Below are positions 14,033 through 18,541 of a stretch of 18,541 nt of DNA, piece by piece (within the stretch, counting starts at the first letter, position 1; every line of letters starts with the position of its first letter). The stretch is from Thermoproteota archaeon (lineage in GTDB: Archaea; Asgardarchaeota; Jordiarchaeia; Jordiarchaeales; Freyrarchaeaceae), in contig JAPDJY010000003.1 of assembly GCA_029258835.1 (NCBI GenBank), positions 1 to 18,541 on the forward strand, in the 5' to 3' direction. The notes beneath the pieces are model-generated. The model searched no databases and was not told the DNA's origin. It was given only the letters and a program-made list of their open reading frames with translations. The translations under genes and the position numbers were made by a program.

Positions 14033-16333
14033 CTAACCTTGTTCAGATGGAGACCATTCCATAGGCGGTTCACCCGATGTCTCATCGCTTAACCGACGCT
14101 TACTGATTATACGCCTACCAACTATAATCCCTACTACTGCAGCAACAGCAGCAACTCCCGCAACCAATGCAAGTATAAGGGAAGAGTTCGGCTTAAGCGA
14201 AGCAAGCAACATCAAAGCTAAAAGCGGGAAGTCGTTGCTAGCGGGGTTAAAACCATGCTCTACTTCCCACCCGTCAGGTAAACCGTCTCCATCGGTATCA
14301 CTAGACCGTGGGTCAGTACCATACTGGTACTCCTGCAGATTGTTGAGACCATCATTGTCCGGATCATCAAATGGGTCGAAACTCGTCGGATTAAGACCAT
14401 ATTGCACCTCCCAGCCGTCAGGCATGCCGTCCCCATCGGTGTCGTCGCTCTGCGGGTCGGTGCCATGCTGGTACTCCTGCAAGTTGCTGAGGCCGTCATT
14501 GTCAGGGTCTTGCCCCGAGTCCTCGCTCAGCGGGTTAAAACCATGTTGAGCTTCCCAGCCGTCAGGCATGCCGTCCCCATCGGTGTCGCTGGAGGACGCG
14601 TCCGTTCCCAGCTCCCATTCCCTAGTGTTGTTTAACCCATCACTATCATAGTCCAAGTAGTTATGCTCCTGAGGGTTGAAGAAGTGGTGCAGGTATTCGT
14701 CCCACATTATGCTGGAAGCGAAGCTCATATTATCATAGTAGCTGTACAAACTGCTGCTTTCATTTGGATGGTATATTGCTATTCCATGGGAGTTTAGGTG
14801 GCTTGCTCCATGAACCTCCTTTATGATCGATGTTGTAACGTTGTTTTTAACATTAGATGTGAGGGTTTGAAGCCACTGATCATTAATCTTCGAGGCCAAT
14901 TGACTCATAAGGTCGTATAAGTCCACAAGGCCATAATCGCTATAATTGTAGTATTTTTCCGTGTCGTTTACTGCTTGTAGCATTTTTTCTTTCCATGTTG
15001 TGTCGAGTGTTTGTATGTCCAGGAGTTTCGCTGTCTCATTCAACGCAGCATACAACTCACCCATCTTCGACAAATCCACAGCAGCCATAGTCTTACCTGA
15101 ATGCGTGTAGCGCTGATCATACGCATCCACTATCCACCCCCCAAGCTGCGAAGGAGAAGCAGAAGGATTCTGAGTTAAGTTTTCAAGGAAGTCCATGTAG
15201 AAAACGTAGTAGTCGCCTAACGCTGAGATAGCTTCTTCTGAGGCTACTGCAACATTTGCGACGCTTGAAATGGTGTAGAAGTTTTCAAACGTCCCTGTTA
15301 GGCATGAGAAGTAGAAGAGGACGTCAACCCCGCCACTCTCATTAAGGGCTTGAAGGATTTCATCATACTCCAAGTTATCTTCATTGCTGCTGTTATCCCA
15401 GCAGACGCCGAAAATGCCTCCACCGTGATCCCACGTGTTCAACGCGTAGTGTTGGGCTGGGAAGTGTTGTTTAGCGTAGTTTATGAAGTTTTTGAGCGTG
15501 TCGGGGTCGCCCATGTTCAGCTCGCTGCAGCCGTAGTCGCTGAGCCAGACAAGCCCCTCCTTGTAGACGTAGTAAACCCATGTTCCCTCCTGCAAAGTGT
15601 AGTTGTAGTCTGATGAGGGATCTGAGTGGTCTATCATCGCTATTATGTTCACGTTGCTTGTGCTTCCTGCTCCAGCCATGGCTGCAAGAACGTTCATTGC
15701 CATCATTCCAAGGTTGCAGTCTGCGTCTAGGTATGCTATGAATGTCCAGTTTGCTGTGGGTCTGGTCATTGCGTCATTTGCTGACGTGTTGAAGCAGAGC
15801 CAGTAGTCGCAGTAGGCAGAGCCGGACTCCGCGATCCTTATGGTCCAGTACTTGTTTGAGGGGTCACCGTTAGTCAGGGTGTAGACCAGCCCGAGCCTAT
15901 GCTCCACATGGTAATACGCGGCTGTGTTGTTGACGACCATTGTCCCGTTTGGAGCGAGCAACGACAGGACTAGTGTGCTCATGTAATCCTCGCCACCGGG
16001 GGTCACGTTTTCCAGATCCAAAGATACGTATATGGTGTACCCCGGCCCTGGAACTGATATATTGTAGCAGTCTACGCTGTCCATAAGGTAACCTATGTCT
16101 CCACTGTATGTTCCTGGGGTTGTAAGTATCATTGCGCTTCCCGGGTCTCCTCCCGCGTCGCTTGACTGGTTTCCGTCTTTTAGCGTGGGGGTGCTGAGTG
16201 GTGGGGTGGGGTTGTTTGTGGCTAGGGCTGACAGGATGTAGTTTTGATGGGGGCTGAGGGGGATGTTTGATGATATACTGGCTAGTCCTATTATTGTGGC
16301 TATTATTAATCCTGTCAGCACTATTTTTCTCAT
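14033..16333 (-). CDS. Secreted, C-terminally anchored clostripain-family (peptidase C11) protein with Ca-binding DxDxDG repeats
   Basis: Signal peptide MRKIVLTGLIIATIIGLASI and a beta-rich PPC-like N-domain. C11 motifs NWTFIAYLDADCNL, ELNMGDPDTLKNFI, WDHGGG (His), SCLTG (Cys), ASEE, GIAIY.P. Then DTDGDGMPDGWE repeats and a TM helix with a basic tail. Confidence 0.9.
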   Translation of the reverse strand: MRKIVLTGLIIATIIGLASISSNIPLSPHQNYILSALATNNPTPPLSTPTLKDGNQSSDAGGDPGSAMILTTPGTYSGDIGYLMDSVDCYNISVPGPGYTIYVSLDLENVTPGGEDYMSTLVLSLLAPNGTMVVNNTAAYYHVEHRLGLVYTLTNGDPSNKYWTIRIAESGSAYCDYWLCFNTSANDAMTRPTANWTFIAYLDADCNLGMMAMNVLAAMAGAGSTSNVNIIAMIDHSDPSSDYNYTLQEGTWVYYVYKEGLVWLSDYGCSELNMGDPDTLKNFINYAKQHFPAQHYALNTWDHGGGIFGVCWDNSSNEDNLEYDEILQALNESGGVDVLFYFSCLTGTFENFYTISSVANVAVASEEAISALGDYYVFYMDFLENLTQNPSASPSQLGGWIVDAYDQRYTHSGKTMAAVDLSKMGELYAALNETAKLLDIQTLDTTWKEKMLQAVNDTEKYYNYSDYGLVDLYDLMSQLASKINDQWLQTLTSNVKNNVTTSIIKEVHGASHLNSHGIAIYHPNESSSLYSYYDNMSFASSIMWDEYLHHFFNPQEHNYLDYDSDGLNNTREWELGTDASSSDTDGDGMPDGWEAQHGFNPLSEDSGQDPDNDGLSNLQEYQHGTDPQSDDTDGDGMPDGWEVQYGLNPTSFDPFDDPDNDGLNNLQEYQYGTDPRSSDTDGDGLPDGWEVEHGFNPASNDFPLLALMLLASLKPNSSLILALVAGVAAVAAVVGIIVGRRIISKRRLSDETSGEPPMEWSPSEQG
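14235..14655 (-). repeat. Coding tandem repeat, 144-bp/48-aa period (bacterial TSP3-like Ca-binding units), ~3 copies
   Basis: DTDGDG(M/L)PDGWE..HG.NP....DPDNDGL.NLQEYQ.GTDP. An identical DNA block CCCAGCCGTCAGGCATGCCGTCCCCATCGGTGTCG occurs at ~14410 and ~14554. Confidence 0.9.
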
Positions 16334-16354
16334 TATATTTACTCTCCCATCGAG

Positions 16355-16428
16355 TTTTTCCTACTTTTGTTGAAATACATTTTCCTATCTTAAGAATCAA
16401 GTGAAATATTTTCTATCTTTTAGAAAAT
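16355..16428. promoter_or_regulatory. Operator-like repeats upstream of the protease gene
   Basis: Imperfect direct repeat TGAAATACATTTTCCTATCTT (16371-16391) / TGAAATATTTTCTATCTT (16402-16419), a third partial copy TTTTTCCTACTT (16355-16366), and a perfect inverted repeat ATTTTCTA-N5-TAGAAAAT (16408-16428). Confidence 0.45.
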
Positions 16429-16525
16429 TTTTGAAAACGTCATAGTGGAGATGTTGAATGGTTGGTGGTTGCGTTTGGGTTTTAAACGTGTTTTTCTGTT
16501 GGTTTTGTTTCTGTTTAGGCTGTGT

Positions 16526-18409
16526 TTAGTGGTTGAGGATTCCTGTTTTTGCTAGTTTTGCTTCTACGTCTTGGAGTCCGAGTTTTCTTAGGGTTTCTTT
16601 TTTGGGGATGCCTTTTTCGTCCCATCCTACGGCTTCGTAGTATTTTCTTTTTTTCTCTTCGAACGTTTGCCTGTTGACCGCTTTTCCTTTGTGGGGGCCT
16701 GATGGTAGTGGCTCGTAGAATCTGGGGGGGTTGTCGTCGTCTTTCCCTGTCCACTTCACGTCTGGCCCTGAGAGGAGGAGGGCTGCTCTTTGTATGTGGA
16801 GTATTCGGAGGGCTTTTTCCCGGTACCAGTCTTCGGGTTTTAGGGTCCATCCTGTTACGGCTTCGTAGAAGTTGAATATTTCCTTTTCTCCTAGGGTGAG
16901 GGCGTTGAAGGAGCAGTAGACTGCTGAGTCGTGGAATATGGCTAGTAGCTCGCCGAACCTGTGGTTGGGGGGTAGTCTGGCGACGGACGTGTGGTCTCCG
17001 CACTGGACGGAGCACGCGTAGGATACTTCCTCGGTGAGGGGGTCTGCTCCGCTTCTCACGCCGTGGGCTCCTATGGCCACGCCCTTCTCTTGGACGGCGT
17101 ATTTGAGCACGTCCTCTGCTTTTAACCCCTTTAGCTGGCTTATTTTTATGGCAGCCCTGTATGTTCCCTCTGCGAGCACGTCGCCGAACCCCTCCCTGTA
17201 GGCGGTTATCCTGGCGGTTTCTGCGAAGGCTTTCACGTCGCCCCATTTAAGCTTGAAGCCTAGGTCTTCTTCTCCTATGATTCCTTTCTCGTATAGCTCG
17301 GCGGCGAACCCCAGCAGGTTTCCCGCTTGTATGGCGCAGAGGCCGAGCTCGTTGATGAGGTGGGAGAGGTATATGTTTCCCTCGGGGGTGAAGACTCCTA
17401 GGTTTGTGCCGTTGTACGCTTGGTGCTCGTAGTCTGGTGGGTCGCATACTGCGCCTTTAAACTCGCCTTCTCTGAGCGCTGAGAGCTTCATGCAGGTTGT
17501 GGGGCAGTTGAAGTCGCCCCAGTATGGTTTAACCCAGTACTTGGCGAACTCTTCAACCGTGTAGCTTTTGTCGTCGTGCCATTCCTCCTGCCAGTTTCTG
17601 ATCGGCTCAGCGCTCATTTTGGCGGCGACATCGTATCCTCCGCTGGCGGTTCCATTCCTCCTGAAGTCCACGTTGTGGTAGCAGCTGTCGCATACCGAGC
17701 TGATGAGCTCCCACACCCTTTCCGGGTCGTGTACGTCTGGGAGGGGGCCGGTTCCCTTAACCACTACAGCCTTCACTTTCTTCGAGCCCATAACTGCGCC
17801 GTAGCCGCCATACCCTGCAGCGTGGCTTCTCTTCTCCATTACAACTGAAACCCTAACCTTTCTCTCGCCGGCTGGTCCAATGTATAGTACTGCTGGCTCC
17901 TTAAGCTCCCCCACGTCCGGGTGCACCCTTTTAACAAGCTCCCTCCCCTCCCTCACAAGGGCTCTTAGAGTTCTGCTCCCCTCCATCCCCCAGACGTGCC
18001 GTGCATCTCTGAGCTCCACCTCGTCATCGCATACGAAAAGGTAGACTGGCTTTTCGGATTCGCCTTCAAGGATCAATCCGTCATACCCTGCACATTTAAG
18101 TTCAACTCCCGCCTCCCCTGAGACCGTTGACCCTATTATTCCATTGCTTTGAGGAGACTTGCCTGACACGCAGATCTTGGCTCCCGGGAAGAAGCCTGTG
18201 AGCGGCCCGGTCAAAAACAGTAAGAGGTTCTCCGGCCCTAACGGGTCGACCTCCTCCCATCTCGACCCCAGACGGTCCCATAGAATCCTGGCGCCTAGCC
18301 CCCTACCTCCAATATATTGACGGAGGACATTCTCTGGAAATCTTGTCTCCCTGATCTTGTCCTCGCTTAGATCGATGTCGAGGAACTTTCCCGCATATCC
18401 TCCAACCAT
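16526..18409 (-). CDS. wor5L: Tungsten-containing AOR-family oxidoreductase, WOR5L-like (aliphatic sulfonate:ferredoxin oxidoreductase clade)
   Basis: AOR-family motifs GGRGLGA, KSPQSNG, GYDG, IGPAGE, GAVMGSK. Clade-type strings HAAGYGGYGAVMG, EPIRNWQEE.HD, YW.D..CP..CMK, PDYE.QAY.GTNLG, GAHG.RS, GDHTS and KDDDNPPRFYEPLPSGP.KGKA match Pyrococcus furiosus WOR5L as I recall it. Confidence 0.9.
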   Translation of the reverse strand: MVGGYAGKFLDIDLSEDKIRETRFPENVLRQYIGGRGLGARILWDRLGSRWEEVDPLGPENLLLFLTGPLTGFFPGAKICVSGKSPQSNGIIGSTVSGEAGVELKCAGYDGLILEGESEKPVYLFVCDDEVELRDARHVWGMEGSRTLRALVREGRELVKRVHPDVGELKEPAVLYIGPAGERKVRVSVVMEKRSHAAGYGGYGAVMGSKKVKAVVVKGTGPLPDVHDPERVWELISSVCDSCYHNVDFRRNGTASGGYDVAAKMSAEPIRNWQEEWHDDKSYTVEEFAKYWVKPYWGDFNCPTTCMKLSALREGEFKGAVCDPPDYEHQAYNGTNLGVFTPEGNIYLSHLINELGLCAIQAGNLLGFAAELYEKGIIGEEDLGFKLKWGDVKAFAETARITAYREGFGDVLAEGTYRAAIKISQLKGLKAEDVLKYAVQEKGVAIGAHGVRSGADPLTEEVSYACSVQCGDHTSVARLPPNHRFGELLAIFHDSAVYCSFNALTLGEKEIFNFYEAVTGWTLKPEDWYREKALRILHIQRAALLLSGPDVKWTGKDDDNPPRFYEPLPSGPHKGKAVNRQTFEEKKRKYYEAVGWDEKGIPKKETLRKLGLQDVEAKLAKTGILNH

Positions 18410-18410
18410 C

Positions 18411-18541
18411 CTAGATCAACTCCTCAGCCTTCTCGCCATAAAGGTTCTCAGCCACATCACGGGTTAATTCTTCAGGGGTCTTGGCGAAGAGGTTGTGGGA
18501 GATTGAAGGTCCCTCCTTAACGAGTCTTAGGGCGTCATAAC
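18411..18541 (-). CDS. wor5S: C-terminal fragment of a polyferredoxin-like small subunit (WOR5S-like)
   Basis: Not in the track. Manual translation gives YDALRLVKEGPSISHNLFAKTPEELTRDVAENLYGEKAEELI*, resembling the WOR5S tail (DAL.IV...FAK.P.E...D.A...G E). The stop is 1 nt before the wor5L ATG. Confidence 0.7.
   Translation of the reverse strand, partial: YDALRLVKEGPSISHNLFAKTPEELTRDVAENLYGEKAEELI

Noticed and set aside
13856-14035. Frame stays open ~58 codons past the protease TAG, hinting at a second amber readthrough
   Set aside because: The extension is Phe/Asn-rich intergenic-like sequence on an A-poor strand with no domain features; chance is sufficient.
13200-16520. Possible mobile element or integrated island with terminal inverted repeats
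   Set aside because: No transposase, integrase, tRNA or true terminal repeat is seen. The flanks are complementary in composition only, not in sequence.
1-18541. A single sulfosugar (sulfoglycolysis-like) pathway linking kinase, aldolase, GH15 and WOR5
   Set aside because: Known sulfo-EMP uses a GH31 sulfoquinovosidase, a PfkB kinase and a class I aldolase. The families here differ, and the genes are separated by unrelated loci.

Overview
This is an archaeal window: it has GGAGG/GGTGA ribosome-binding sites, BRE-TATA promoters, frequent TTG/GTG starts, a thiolase-DUF35 pair, an MNT-HEPN pair and a tungsten oxidoreductase. A PCI/winged-helix protein and a single-pass surface protease are compatible with a thermophilic Asgard lineage, but that is inference. 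From left to right: (1) a sugar-phosphate cluster with a partial class II aldolase, an alpha/beta hydrolase, a HAD phosphatase with an unusual DxE motif, an LsrK/YoaC-like FGGY kinase and a YoaD-like 2-hydroxyacid dehydrogenase; (2) DUF35 plus thiolase; (3) a divergent pair of HEAT-repeat genes, one a HEAT-helical-PCI reading frame (7507..8919) split only by a single in-frame TAG, the other an ~11-repeat HEAT solenoid fused in frame to a complete GH15 trehalase/glucoamylase-like enzyme; (4) an MNT-HEPN pair; (5) an AT-richer, strand-skewed block with a secreted clostripain-family (C11) protease and a collapsed pseudogene of the same architecture; (6) a WOR5L-like tungsten oxidoreductase and the 3' end of a WOR5S-like partner. 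All family assignments come from motif recognition by eye; no searches were run.
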